Part shown: piece after piece, positions 48,487-56,838 of the stretch
How positions within the stretch are numbered: the first letter of the stretch is position 1
Layout of the letters: each line of letters begins with the position of its first letter
Virus record (IMG/VR): IMGVR_UViG_3300031759_000010
Reading direction: 5' to 3' (one strand)
DNA from: a virus
Length of the DNA: 64,000 nucleotides
Made by a program: the position numbers and the translations under genes
The notes under the pieces: model-generated
Seen by the model: the letters and a program-made list of their open reading frames with translations, nothing else
Told to the model about the DNA's origin: nothing
The model's database searches: none

Positions 48487-48849
48487 TTACTCCGGTAACC
48501 TGTCCGCCGCGCGGACCGTATCCGCTTCCAGGGGGTACCGTAGCAAACTTTGCCGGACCCCCTCGTAAACTTTGCTGATCCGTCCAGGTTCTTCCAAGAA
48601 GGATGTAGTTGTTGCTGTGCCGATCTGTTCCCGGCCGATGCCGGTGAGACGCCAGTAGACGCCGTAGACGTTGGTCAGCGGGTGAACCTCCGACCTGTAC
48701 CCAGTGTGGATTTTCCCTTCTTTCGAGATTATCCACTGGATGAGGATCTCTGGGGGCGGGGGGATAAGGGCCCATGACACCCAGTTGCTGGCGTCCACAT
48801 AATCCTCGCTGTTTGCGTTTGATTCGACATTAGAAGCGTGGATAGTCAT
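48487..48849 (-). CDS. hypothetical protein
   Basis: Track ORF trimmed to Met 13. Confidence 0.4.
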   Translation of the reverse strand: MTIHASNVESNANSEDYVDASNWVSWALIPPPPEILIQWIISKEGKIHTGYRSEVHPLTNVYGVYWRLTGIGREQIGTATTTSFLEEPGRISKVYEGVRQSLLRYPLEADTVRAADRLPE

Positions 48850-49000
48850 CGCTCCCCCGGAAGAACGTCCAGAGAGTGATGGCAAAGGCGAGGAGCGCCG
48901 CGACCCTCTGTGTGTCGATGCCTCCGCCGATCACGCCAATCGCCCATCCGACGACGAGGCTGGCGAAGAGGGAACTCAGGATTGCGATGGTGAACCTCAT
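48830..49000 (-). CDS. small membrane protein (56 aa)
   Basis: Track ORF trimmed to Met 57, after GAAGGAGGAAAA. Two hydrophobic helices. Confidence 0.4.
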   Translation of the reverse strand: MRFTIAILSSLFASLVVGWAIGVIGGGIDTQRVAALLAFAITLWTFFRGSDDYPRF

Positions 49001-49281
49001 TTTTCCTCCTTCTTGCAGGTTCTGGTTACGATTGCCTTGCCGTCGTATACGACGGTCACCTGTCCGTAGCGGCTGGTGGAGTAGTAGCGGTAGGAGCCAT
49101 CCGCACTGACGATGAAGGGGTTGGCTTCTGGCAGCGTCATCTTGCTGTCGGCGTAGATGTCCTGCCATTGCCCGTTGCAGGTTTGCACCCAGACCATGGC
49201 GACGACCGGCTGGGGCAGGATCTGGTGTGTTCCGAGGATTGAGCCGGAGTGGGCCACGGCGGCGAGGAGGAGTTCGATCAT
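48997..49281 (-). CDS. hypothetical protein
   Basis: Track ORF trimmed to Met 27, whose ATG overlaps the upstream stop (ATGA). Confidence 0.4.
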   Translation of the reverse strand: MIELLLAAVAHSGSILGTHQILPQPVVAMVWVQTCNGQWQDIYADSKMTLPEANPFIVSADGSYRYYSTSRYGQVTVVYDGKAIVTRTCKKEEK

Positions 49282-49580
49282 TTGTCTTTCCACCTTTCTA
49301 GTGAATCGGCTTTTTGCGACAGCGCATCTTCCCATGCCAAGCGGCAGGCCTCTTGCCAACCAAGGCGCTCAAAGTCAAACGCGGCCGAATAAGAGACAGT
49401 ACAAACATGGTCCGTAAACTCCATCCGAACCGGGCTCTTGTCCGCCATCCTCCGCGTAAACCCTCCCCGGTGCCACACCCTCCTCCACACCGGCCCCCCG
49501 ATCATCACAACACCACACCCATGACAGGGAGACGCGTCAGGGTGCAGCACAAGAAACTCCCTTACCGTTTTCATCGCCAA
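49278..49580 (-). CDS. hypothetical protein (100 aa), first gene of leftward unit
   Basis: Track ORF bordering the 800-bp non-coding region. Confidence 0.45.
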   Translation of the reverse strand: MAMKTVREFLVLHPDASPCHGCGVVMIGGPVWRRVWHRGGFTRRMADKSPVRMEFTDHVCTVSYSAAFDFERLGWQEACRLAWEDALSQKADSLERWKDK

Positions 49581-49777
49581 TCCCTTAAACCCTTAATCAG
49601 GAATCCTTTAATCAGAGAAACACCCAATCAACCAATCAAGAAGGCATCCGCCCTCCCACCAACTCACGCCCCCCCCGGGGAGGAATGTTCCACCTCGGGC
49701 TCTTGCACAAAGGACAATAACGGGGATTCTCCACCTTCGGCTCCCACGTCCCCCTACACCGCATGCACGTCTTCATA

Positions 49778-49840
49778 ATAATCATCATCATCATCACTTT
49801 TATAACCGGGTGTCAAGAAAAAAATGATGATGATGATTAT
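49778..49840. repeat. 17-bp perfect inverted repeat with 29-nt spacer in the control region
   Basis: ATAATCATCATCATCAT (49778-94) and ATGATGATGATGATTAT (49824-40). Confidence 0.8.
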
Positions 49841-50226
49841 GATCAGACCGTGTAAATTTTACATACCATCCACATTTTTGCGGACAACTGGATCGGATAG
49901 TGGGGATTTTTTCGCTGAAGGGGTAACTGTTTCTATCACCCCCCACCATAGGGGGTGTACCCCTTGGTACCCCATCCCGGTCCCGCTCTGTACCTGCATT
50001 GCATGGACCCACATGATCTCATGTACGGTCCCATGGTATGAACAGGGTACACTCTAGAGAGACACTCCAACGCTCCCCGCGCAGTGTCTAATTGATTGAG
50101 GCTGATAGACTCACCATCCAATTGTCTATCACTCTCTATGAGATTGAATAGATATATCTGGATGAGGATATCTCCGCTATGGTCCCGAGCTATATCGTGT
50201 ATGTCATTCCATAGTAATCACTTGCA

Positions 50227-50237
50227 GGTTACCAAAG
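50227..50237 (+). promoter_or_regulatory. GGTTACCAAAG motif, copy 3
   Basis: Exact 11-mer, 143 nt upstream of the first rightward gene (50380). TTGCAC-17-TATTCG follows at 50265-50293. Confidence 0.45.
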
Positions 50238-50379
50238 AGTTGGCCGGTATGTTACCTCCGTGACGTTGCACTAGCGTGGGATGTGTATTATTCGCTTGCA
50301 TTATGTCTATTCCATTGTATGATGAATCTATGAAAGTAATCCACTCCACCTATATCAGCGTGGAGTCTACGAGGATCAA

Positions 50380-51108
50380 ATGAGACAATCGAATCGAAAT
50401 GGAAGGGTACTCTACTCGGATGATAACGTCACTGTTATCGTCACCGGATTATCCCGCAAGAGCGAGAACGTGAAAACGGGACCCATGTTGCAGGTATTCA
50501 TCCTGCAAACTGGAGTATCTCCACTAGATGGAGTTAAAACCGGCAGTGATTACGCTATCTGCGGGAATTGTCCGCATCGTAGAAACCCCATTACTGGTAA
50601 ACGTTCCTGTTACGTCAATGTGGGCCAATCGCCACAAAATGTCTGGATATCCTTTAAATCAGGGGCTTATGCGCCGTTGGCGATCGAAGACTACGGCACA
50701 GTATTCAATGGTAAGCGAGTGCGATTAGGTGCCTATGGTGACCCTGCTTTTATCCCACAAAACATTGTCAGTGCTATTTGCTCCTCGTCCGCTAAGTGGG
50801 CGGGATACACTCACCAGTGGAAACGGGCAGAATGGTTAAAACCATACACCATGGCCAGTGTGGACAGTCCGGCAGAGCAAGCTATTGCCGCGGGGCGGGG
50901 GTGGCGGACGTTTCGAGTTAACTCCGACAATTCACCCATAGCCGGTGAGATCCGCTGTCCCTCGTCACCCGAGGGGGGGGACAAGGTTCAGTGTTATAAC
51001 TGCTGCCTTTGTCATGGGGCGGGATCTGAACGAAACATTACAATTCAGGTACATGGATCTGGCAAAGCCAACTTTGTCTCTCTCGCGTCATTGACGGCAC
51101 GCTCTTAA
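50380..51108 (+). CDS. hypothetical Cys-rich protein (242 aa), first gene of rightward unit
   Basis: Track ORF. CGNCPHR...CYV and CYNCCLCHG. Confidence 0.55.
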   Translation: MRQSNRNGRVLYSDDNVTVIVTGLSRKSENVKTGPMLQVFILQTGVSPLDGVKTGSDYAICGNCPHRRNPITGKRSCYVNVGQSPQNVWISFKSGAYAPLAIEDYGTVFNGKRVRLGAYGDPAFIPQNIVSAICSSSAKWAGYTHQWKRAEWLKPYTMASVDSPAEQAIAAGRGWRTFRVNSDNSPIAGEIRCPSSPEGGDKVQCYNCCLCHGAGSERNITIQVHGSGKANFVSLASLTARS

Positions 51109-51175
51109 TTGGGCGCGCCGTTTTTTGTTTGCACATCAGCCGAGCTCGGGCGCATCCGGGCATGAGGATAGGACC

Positions 51176-51391
51176 ATGAAAGATACCAGAACGGCAATTG
51201 ATCAGTACGTTGATTCCGAGGAGTATGAACAGGAACGGGATAAACGGGAACATGATGACGCAATCAAAGCATTTCAGGAGCAAAATCTTGCATGGGCAAG
51301 AATCCGCGAACTACCACGCAAGGACAATGTTTACAGCGCTATGATGCGCCGTTTCTATGGTCCTCCCCCAGATCCGCGTCCCGGCCTGTAA
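51176..51391 (+). CDS. hypothetical acidic small protein
   Basis: Track ORF trimmed to Met 18, after GAGGA. Confidence 0.4.
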   Translation: MKDTRTAIDQYVDSEEYEQERDKREHDDAIKAFQEQNLAWARIRELPRKDNVYSAMMRRFYGPPPDPRPGL

Positions 51392-51468
51392 TGCCGAAAC
51401 CCCCCCATGGGGGTCCGCCGGAAATAGCCTACCGGCGCTGATAAGGCAGGCTAGAGAGCAGGGAATCA

Positions 51469-51711
51469 ATGAAGCAGGGAATCAGAGTACCAGAACCGCG
51501 AACCTATGACCTTAACGGGGGAAGTTGTCTCACTGCCACCGTTGCCGGAATTCCAGATCTTCAACTCGCCATCGTGGTAGACCATCGAGACGCGGCCCTG
51601 ATAGCAGATGCACTCGCCATTCTTGAGCCGGACAATGACGACGATAGGGAGGCTGCCCAAAAGCTATCAGCCCTTATCGCTGAAGAGATTGGCCGTCCCA
51701 TGTCGGCATGA
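51469..51711 (+). CDS. hypothetical protein (80 aa)
   Basis: Track ORF. Confidence 0.4.
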   Translation: MKQGIRVPEPRTYDLNGGSCLTATVAGIPDLQLAIVVDHRDAALIADALAILEPDNDDDREAAQKLSALIAEEIGRPMSA

Positions 51712-51734
51712 GAAAGGCAGAGGGGGGAGAGAAC

Positions 51735-51938
51735 ATGAGACCTGATCACAAGTACCTCGTAGACCATGGGTGGGTTCGTGACCCCAACCGGCCACAAAAC
51801 ACCATGGGAAACCGCATCCAGTACCTCTGGATGCACCCGCAGCTACGTCCGCAGGGACTAGCGCCAACCAGCCACGCGCTGTATGTACAGCAGAGAAAGG
51901 GGAATCACAATGAAAATCCATCGGGCAATCTGGTATAA
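51735..51938 (+). CDS. hypothetical small protein
   Basis: Track ORF 51708-51938 trimmed to Met 10. Start is uncertain. Confidence 0.35.
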   Translation: MRPDHKYLVDHGWVRDPNRPQNTMGNRIQYLWMHPQLRPQGLAPTSHALYVQQRKGNHNENPSGNLV

Positions 51939-52290
51939 GGCGGACGGGTCCATCATGAACGTCCAGCCTGTTGACGGTAAGAAGTTCGACTACAGGGAAC
52001 TACAGAAGGCCGTCGGCGGCCTGATCGAGAGCATTATCCCGAACAAGGGACGAGTTAACCTGGATACCGGGCGGGTCGAGGTCACGGCCACGGGGCCCAA
52101 GTGCTCTCAAGTGTGGGCCAACGAAGAGGGGTTGCTCCTGGGCCTGAGCCCCAACCCGTTCACCCCGGTATTCGCCAACATGGAAGTCTACCGGTGCAAT
52201 GGGTACGGGCCTGGCTGGAGAGTGGCAGGGAATGCCATTGCCGTCTACAGCGTCGAGAAGGATGCTGCACCCACCTACCCCGTCATCTAG
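51910..52290 (+). CDS. DUF3846-like protein
   Basis: DYRELQKAVGGLIESI and overall pattern resemble DUF3846. The TAG stop is fused to the palindrome. Confidence 0.45.
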   Translation: MKIHRAIWYKADGSIMNVQPVDGKKFDYRELQKAVGGLIESIIPNKGRVNLDTGRVEVTATGPKCSQVWANEEGLLLGLSPNPFTPVFANMEVYRCNGYGPGWRVAGNAIAVYSVEKDAAPTYPVI

Positions 52291-52303
52291 TCCGTATACG
52301 GAC
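52290..52303. promoter_or_regulatory. palindrome GTCCGTATACGGAC, fused to a TAG stop
   Basis: ATC TAG TCCGTATACGGAC AAAACC at the end of the DUF3846-like gene. Confidence 0.5.
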
Positions 52304-52397
52304 AAAACCGCCCGCCGGAGCGCATCCGGCAGGGTCCATCGGCAAGCCTTCATGGGGCGGACCTGAGCACCTACCGATTGCCGGGAAAGAGGAGCAC

Positions 52398-52727
52398 ATG
52401 ACAAGGAAAAACCACAAGGTCGCCGATCTTGGCAGTTTCGCCACTCGAATCAATCCCATGACCATGGGATTCTCGCCCAAGATGGCCGCCATCGTCGGCG
52501 CTATCATCGGCCACGATTACGGCGTTAAGGACCGCAGGGGCAGACGCCCCACCGGGATCTCCATTACCAGCGATGGATTCGTCATCGCATCCAGCACAGC
52601 ATCGGACGGCGGCGGTGTCTTTATCGGCGGCGCTGGCGACCTGGAACAGAACCTCTCCATCTGGAAAGCCGACCAGTCGGAGTTCGAAACCCACTACGCC
52701 AAAGTAACCGACTGGCGCAAACGGTAA
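52398..52727 (+). CDS. hypothetical protein
   Basis: Track ORF 52101-52727 trimmed to Met 100, after GAGGAG. Confidence 0.45.
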   Translation: MTRKNHKVADLGSFATRINPMTMGFSPKMAAIVGAIIGHDYGVKDRRGRRPTGISITSDGFVIASSTASDGGGVFIGGAGDLEQNLSIWKADQSEFETHYAKVTDWRKR

Positions 52728-52800
52728 CCGTTACTTTCGTGATGTAGACAGTCAATCAGACACCCTGTAGAGTGGTTTGTGACATCGAGGGAGGTGAGGT

Positions 52801-52953
52801 TTGGTATTCACGGCGTTTCTGCTTGTGGCGGGTGGAGTTTCAATCTGGGCAGTCAGAAGGGCCCGGAACAACTCCACCCTTGTGATAGGGGGGTTGGCCC
52901 TCTATTGGATCTTCGGACGGCTGATGGCCATTCTGGCCCACCTGCTCTCCTAA
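52801..52953 (+). CDS. small membrane protein candidate (50 aa, TTG start)
   Basis: My own translation, LVFTAFLLVAGGVSIWAVRRARNNSTLVIGGLALYWIFGRLMAILAHLLS, after GGGAGGTGAGG. Confidence 0.3.
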   Translation: MVFTAFLLVAGGVSIWAVRRARNNSTLVIGGLALYWIFGRLMAILAHLLS

Positions 52954-53062
52954 CCGGCAGCATGGGCTGCCGTCAGGGTTCCGGCGCAAGTCGTAATCCT
53001 GACGGGAGCCCAAAGCTCCAAATTGCCCACCGGGGGGCTATCCCGGAAGGAGGATTCACCCA

Positions 53063-53575
53063 ATGGAAAACACACCCACCGTCGGCCAGATCACTGAACT
53101 GGCTCTCCGCTACGACAAGGCCCGTTCCGCCCGGAACCTGGCGCAGGAAGCCCTGAGCCAGATCGAGGCCGAGGCCGTCGCCATGGTCGAGAAGTATGGC
53201 CACTGCCCGGCAAAGGCTGAAAAATCCCGGCGTCTCTCCGGGCTCGGCTGCGACATCACCGTCACCCATGCCGATGCCGTCTCGGTCGTCACCGAGCGTG
53301 TCCTCGACCTGAAAAAGGCCCTCGAAGCCAACAAGAAAGACTCTGCCTTCGATGGCCTGTTCCGTGAGCGCATCTCCTATGAGGCGGTGCAGAACCCACA
53401 GGAGACCATCGCCAACCTGCCCAAGAGGCTCTCTGTGCGTATCGGCAAGATGTTTGCCGGATGCTTCAAGATCAGCCCCAAGAAACCGGCCCTGAAGGTC
53501 ACCGTGACCGATCAGGCGAAGGTTATCGGAGAGGGTCAGGGGTTCAAAGAGTACGTCGCGCAGATCGCGGCCTAA
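53063..53575 (+). CDS. hypothetical protein (170 aa)
   Basis: Track ORF. N-terminal helical region. Confidence 0.5.
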   Translation: MENTPTVGQITELALRYDKARSARNLAQEALSQIEAEAVAMVEKYGHCPAKAEKSRRLSGLGCDITVTHADAVSVVTERVLDLKKALEANKKDSAFDGLFRERISYEAVQNPQETIANLPKRLSVRIGKMFAGCFKISPKKPALKVTVTDQAKVIGEGQGFKEYVAQIAA

Positions 53576-53628
53576 CCGCCCGCCCCGGGCGTACCGGGGT
53601 AACCCTCATCAGCACCAGCGCCGCCAGA

Positions 53629-53910
53629 GTGCGGGCTGAGGAAGCTGCCGAACGGGCTGCAATCCAAGCCGTAGAGGCTGAGCAGGAACGGCAAGCAACG
53701 GCGGCGCGCAAGGAAGCCGAAGAGAAGGCCGCCCGCGAAGCCAACAAAGAGCACTCCCGGAAGATCAACTCCGAGGCCCTCGAAGGCATCGTCCAGGCCA
53801 TCGTGAGCGCCAACACCAACCTCGACGCTGACCAGATAACAGCGGTCGCCCGCGCCGTCACAGTCGCAATCATCAAGGGCGAAGTTCGCCACACCTCCAT
53901 CACCTACTAA
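53629..53910 (+). CDS. hypothetical A/E-rich protein
   Basis: Track ORF 53461-53910 has no credible ATG. A GTG at 53629 is assumed. Confidence 0.3.
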   Translation: MRAEEAAERAAIQAVEAEQERQATAARKEAEEKAAREANKEHSRKINSEALEGIVQAIVSANTNLDADQITAVARAVTVAIIKGEVRHTSITY

Positions 53911-53928
53911 CCAGCAAGGAGACCGACC

Positions 53929-54663
53929 ATGGAAATTCTCAAGATCACAAAGGCTGATCTAAACGAGCGGAACGAATACACCCGCTCACGCGACCTTGAA
54001 TTTGAAGGCCACATCGAAGTTGAAGCATCGCTCGGGCTGGTCAGCGTGCTCGGATTTATCCGAGCCGCCGGCGGGTTGTTCATCAAGGCCGGGTCGTCCA
54101 TCAAGGCCGGGGAGTCCATCGAGGCCGGGGAGTTCATCAAGGCCGGGTCGTCCATCAAGGCCGGGGAGTTCATCAAGGCCGGGTCGTCCATCAAGGCCGG
54201 GTGGTCCATCAAGGCCGGGGAGTTCATCAAGGCCGGGTCGTCCATCGAGGCCGGGGAGTTCATCAAGGCCGGGTGGTCCATCGAGGCCGGGGAGTTCATC
54301 AAGGCCGGGTCGTCCATCAAGGCCGGGGAGTTCATCAAGGCCGGGTCGTCCATCGAGGCCGGGTCGTCCATCAAGGCCGGGTCGTCCATCAAGGCCGGGT
54401 CGTCCATCAAGGCCGGGTCGTCCATCGAGGCCGGGTCGTCCATCAAGGCCGGGGAGTCCATCGAGGCCGGGTGGTCCATCAAGGCCGGGTGGTCCATCCG
54501 TTGCAAAGCGAAGCTCACCGTCAAGCTCCGGATCTTCGCGGGCCTTTGCACCTGGCGCCTGCCGAAACCCGAGGAGCAAATCATCGAGTGCGCCGAACTG
54601 GCCCAAGGCACCGTTTGTTTCGGTGAACTGAAGCTCCTATCCGCCAAGACTGAAGCCGCCTAA
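53929..54663 (+). CDS. hexapeptide tandem-repeat protein (predicted beta-helix-like)
   Basis: About 23 consecutive 6-aa units G(S/E/W)(S/F)I(K/E)A, encoded by an 18-bp DNA repeat, flanked by unique N- and C-terminal sequence. Confidence 0.65.
   Translation: MEILKITKADLNERNEYTRSRDLEFEGHIEVEASLGLVSVLGFIRAAGGLFIKAGSSIKAGESIEAGEFIKAGSSIKAGEFIKAGSSIKAGWSIKAGEFIKAGSSIEAGEFIKAGWSIEAGEFIKAGSSIKAGEFIKAGSSIEAGSSIKAGSSIKAGSSIKAGSSIEAGSSIKAGESIEAGWSIKAGWSIRCKAKLTVKLRIFAGLCTWRLPKPEEQIIECAELAQGTVCFGELKLLSAKTEAA
54082..54497 (+). repeat. 18-bp tandem repeat, about 23 units
   Basis: Units of the form ATCAAGGCCGGGTCGTCC with point variants. Open in all six frames. Confidence 0.9.
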
Positions 54664-54715
54664 CCCAACCGGGGCGGTCTACCAGCCGCCCCCACTACCC
54701 GCAAGAGGGGGAACG

Positions 54716-54892
54716 ATGGCAGCAACGATCACATTACGCGAACACGCCGCCCGGATGAACAGCGTGCTGCACCTGACCGCGCCGCGGGGAACGGGCTCAT
54801 CACCCAGACGAGCCGGTTTCGCAAGTCCAGCCGGGTATCTGCCCGTCGGCGCAATGTGCAGGTTTGGAAGTCGCTGCTCTATACCGGGGTGA
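54716..54892 (+). CDS. hypothetical small protein (58 aa)
   Basis: My own translation after AGAGGGGGAACG. Begins MAATITLREHAARMNSVLHL. Confidence 0.3.
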   Translation: MAATITLREHAARMNSVLHLTAPRGTGSSPRRAGFASPAGYLPVGAMCRFGSRCSIPG

Positions 54893-54896
54893 CCGC

Positions 54897-55247
54897 GTGA
54901 GACCAAGGAAAAGCATCATCCTTTTCGACGAAGCTCAGCAGTCAGGGTCCGAGCTAACTTTCATTCTCAACACAGCCATTCATGCCAAGGTTCACCGGGT
55001 CGATTCGCCCGAATCTTACAGCGCGGCGCTTGAAACAGAAACCTACGATCTGGCCATTTTGATTGACTCCGGAGACAAGCGTCCGGCGCTAGTGGGCCTC
55101 AACGCGCACATCCCCATCCTCTTCACTTCCGCGAAGCGCACCAGTTGCAACGCGCAATTGATCGAAGAAGCCAAAAGGCTGCTGGCACGTAAGCGCGGCC
55201 CGCGCCCGGCAGTGATGCCGGTTCAGGTTCTATCGGAGGTGGCATGA
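54897..55247 (+). CDS. hypothetical protein
   Basis: Track ORF 54864-55247, with GTG 54897 assumed as the start. Confidence 0.4.
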   Translation: MRPRKSIILFDEAQQSGSELTFILNTAIHAKVHRVDSPESYSAALETETYDLAILIDSGDKRPALVGLNAHIPILFTSAKRTSCNAQLIEEAKRLLARKRGPRPAVMPVQVLSEVA

Positions 55248-55591
55248 TGGGCGCTAGCACCGCAATTGCCTGGACCGACGCGACGTGGAACTGCTGGCAG
55301 GGCTGCCACAAGGTCTCGACCGGCTGCAAGAACTGCTACATGTTCACCGACAAAAAGCGGTATGGACAGACGCCCGACGTGGTGATCCGTTCCGCCGCGG
55401 CGACCTTCAACGCCCCGCTGAAGTGGGCACAAAACCGCGAAAAGTACGGGCACATAAACCGCGTGTTCGTCGATTCATGGTCTGACTTCTTCATCGAAGA
55501 GGCCGACGCCTGGCGCGCTGAAGCCTGGGCCATCAGCACCAGCGCCGCCAAGAGGCTGAGGGTGGGCAACGGGGAACGGCGAACAAAGTAG
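55244..55591 (+). CDS. DUF5131 (phage Gp37/Gp68) N-terminal fragment
   Basis: IAWTDATWNCWQGCHKVSTGCKNCYMF and VFVDSWSDFF match the family N-terminus. The ORF stops after 115 aa, about half the usual length as I remember it. Confidence 0.55.
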   Translation: MMGASTAIAWTDATWNCWQGCHKVSTGCKNCYMFTDKKRYGQTPDVVIRSAAATFNAPLKWAQNREKYGHINRVFVDSWSDFFIEEADAWRAEAWAISTSAAKRLRVGNGERRTK

Positions 55592-55752
55592 TCACCCCCG
55601 GCCAAGGCTGGATGAAAAAGGGAAGGATGGGTATCGATGTGTAAGCGACTGGAGCCCCGCCGGGGGCGTGGTTCCCGGCACAGTCTTAACCCGCCAACGC
55701 CCGAGTCCCAAGCCTCGGGGTGAGAGAAGAGTGAGGGGGAAAAGAGGACACC

Positions 55753-56208
55753 ATGGGACTGGATATGTACCTGTCGGCGGAGAAGTATCTCTCTAACGCC
55801 GACTATAACGAAAGAGGCCGACAGCAGAAGGCTACGGGCGAGAAGGTTGCCGAGTTGATCAATACCCCGTTCTGCGTGAAGGGAGTCGAGATCGAACTGG
55901 CCTACTGGTGCAAGGCCAACCAGATTCACAACTGGTTTGTCACTCACTGTCAAGGGGGCCAGGACAATTGCCAGAAGACCTGCATCTCGAAGGTGCAATT
56001 GCAGAAGCTCCTCGATACCGTCAACGCGGTTCTCACCGGCCACTCAAAAGCCGAAGAACTGCTGCCGACGCGGAGAGGATTCTTTTTCGGCGGCACGGAC
56101 TACGACGAGAGCTACTACGGGGACCTGGAACACACCAAGACAGCATTGGAGAAGGCCCTCACCGCCGAGTTGGACGATTGGGACATCTACTACCAGTCAA
56201 GCTGGTAA
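55753..56208 (+). CDS. hypothetical protein (151 aa)
   Basis: Track ORF. Begins MGLDMYLSAEKYL. Confidence 0.55.
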   Translation: MGLDMYLSAEKYLSNADYNERGRQQKATGEKVAELINTPFCVKGVEIELAYWCKANQIHNWFVTHCQGGQDNCQKTCISKVQLQKLLDTVNAVLTGHSKAEELLPTRRGFFFGGTDYDESYYGDLEHTKTALEKALTAELDDWDIYYQSSW

Positions 56209-56276
56209 ACCGCCCGGCGGGGGCGTACCCCGCCACCTTTATACCGGCATCATTCATTACTGAAAGAGAGGACACC

Positions 56277-56429
56277 ATGGGACAGTATTGGAAACCAGTC
56301 AACCTGACGAAACGAGAGTTCATCAACCCCCATTTCCTGGGGGCCGGTCTGAAGCTGGGGGAGCAGGTTGGAACCTACCCCGGAACCGGCGATGGCTGGA
56401 GAGACTTCACCCCTGTGGCAAGGCGGTGA
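56277..56429 (+). CDS. hypothetical small protein
   Basis: Track ORF 55908-56429 trimmed to Met 124 (MGQYWKPVNLTKREFINPH). Confidence 0.4.
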   Translation: MGQYWKPVNLTKREFINPHFLGAGLKLGEQVGTYPGTGDGWRDFTPVARR

Positions 56430-56608
56430 GCTAATGCACGAAGGCAGAGTAAGCGGAACCGTCAACACCGACACCCACCCCCTCGAACGGTCCACAACGC
56501 GAGGACACAACGAGGTGATCCTGGGCCAGGAGATGCCCGAGAATACCGTGGTCATGAAGAGATCCAGGTGCCCGGTATGCTTCGAAACCTTCTGGTCCGT
56601 GAGCGGAA

Positions 56609-56628
56609 GTTGTCCGTATACGGACAAC
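56609..56628. promoter_or_regulatory. extended palindrome GTTGTCCGTATACGGACAAC (20 bp)
   Basis: Fourth copy of the 14-bp core, about 100 nt upstream of GGTTACCAAAG motif copy 4. Confidence 0.5.
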
Positions 56629-56728
56629 TATCTGCACCAAAGATTCACATGGAAGGGGGACCTGAGATGAGCGGAAGAAGGCAAAGAGGAATAAGACAGC
56701 CACCAGACGAGTGTCGTAACGTCTGTAT

Positions 56729-56772
56729 GGTTACCAAAGATTCCTTGCAAATTGTCTCATTGTCTGTATTGT
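56729..56772 (+). promoter_or_regulatory. GGTTACCAAAG motif copy 4 plus -35/-10-like hexamers
   Basis: GGTTACCAAAG-N5-TTGCAA(56745-50)-16 nt-TATTGT, upstream of the DUF932-like gene start 56839. Confidence 0.5.
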
Positions 56773-56838
56773 TTAGGAGTACCACACAACTGGCCGGGCA
56801 GACTCCCGGCAAGTTCCGAGGTCTTAAGGAGGACCAGA

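Noticed and set aside
54082-54497. CRISPR array.
   Set aside because: The units are contiguous 18-bp repeats with no unique spacers, and they lie inside a coding frame.
53986-54647. Five additional ORFs on both strands over the 18-bp repeat (for example the PGLDG and PSRPG repeat proteins).
   Set aside because: Artefacts of a repeat that lacks stops in all frames. Only 53929-54663 has unique N- and C-termini and fits the gene spacing.
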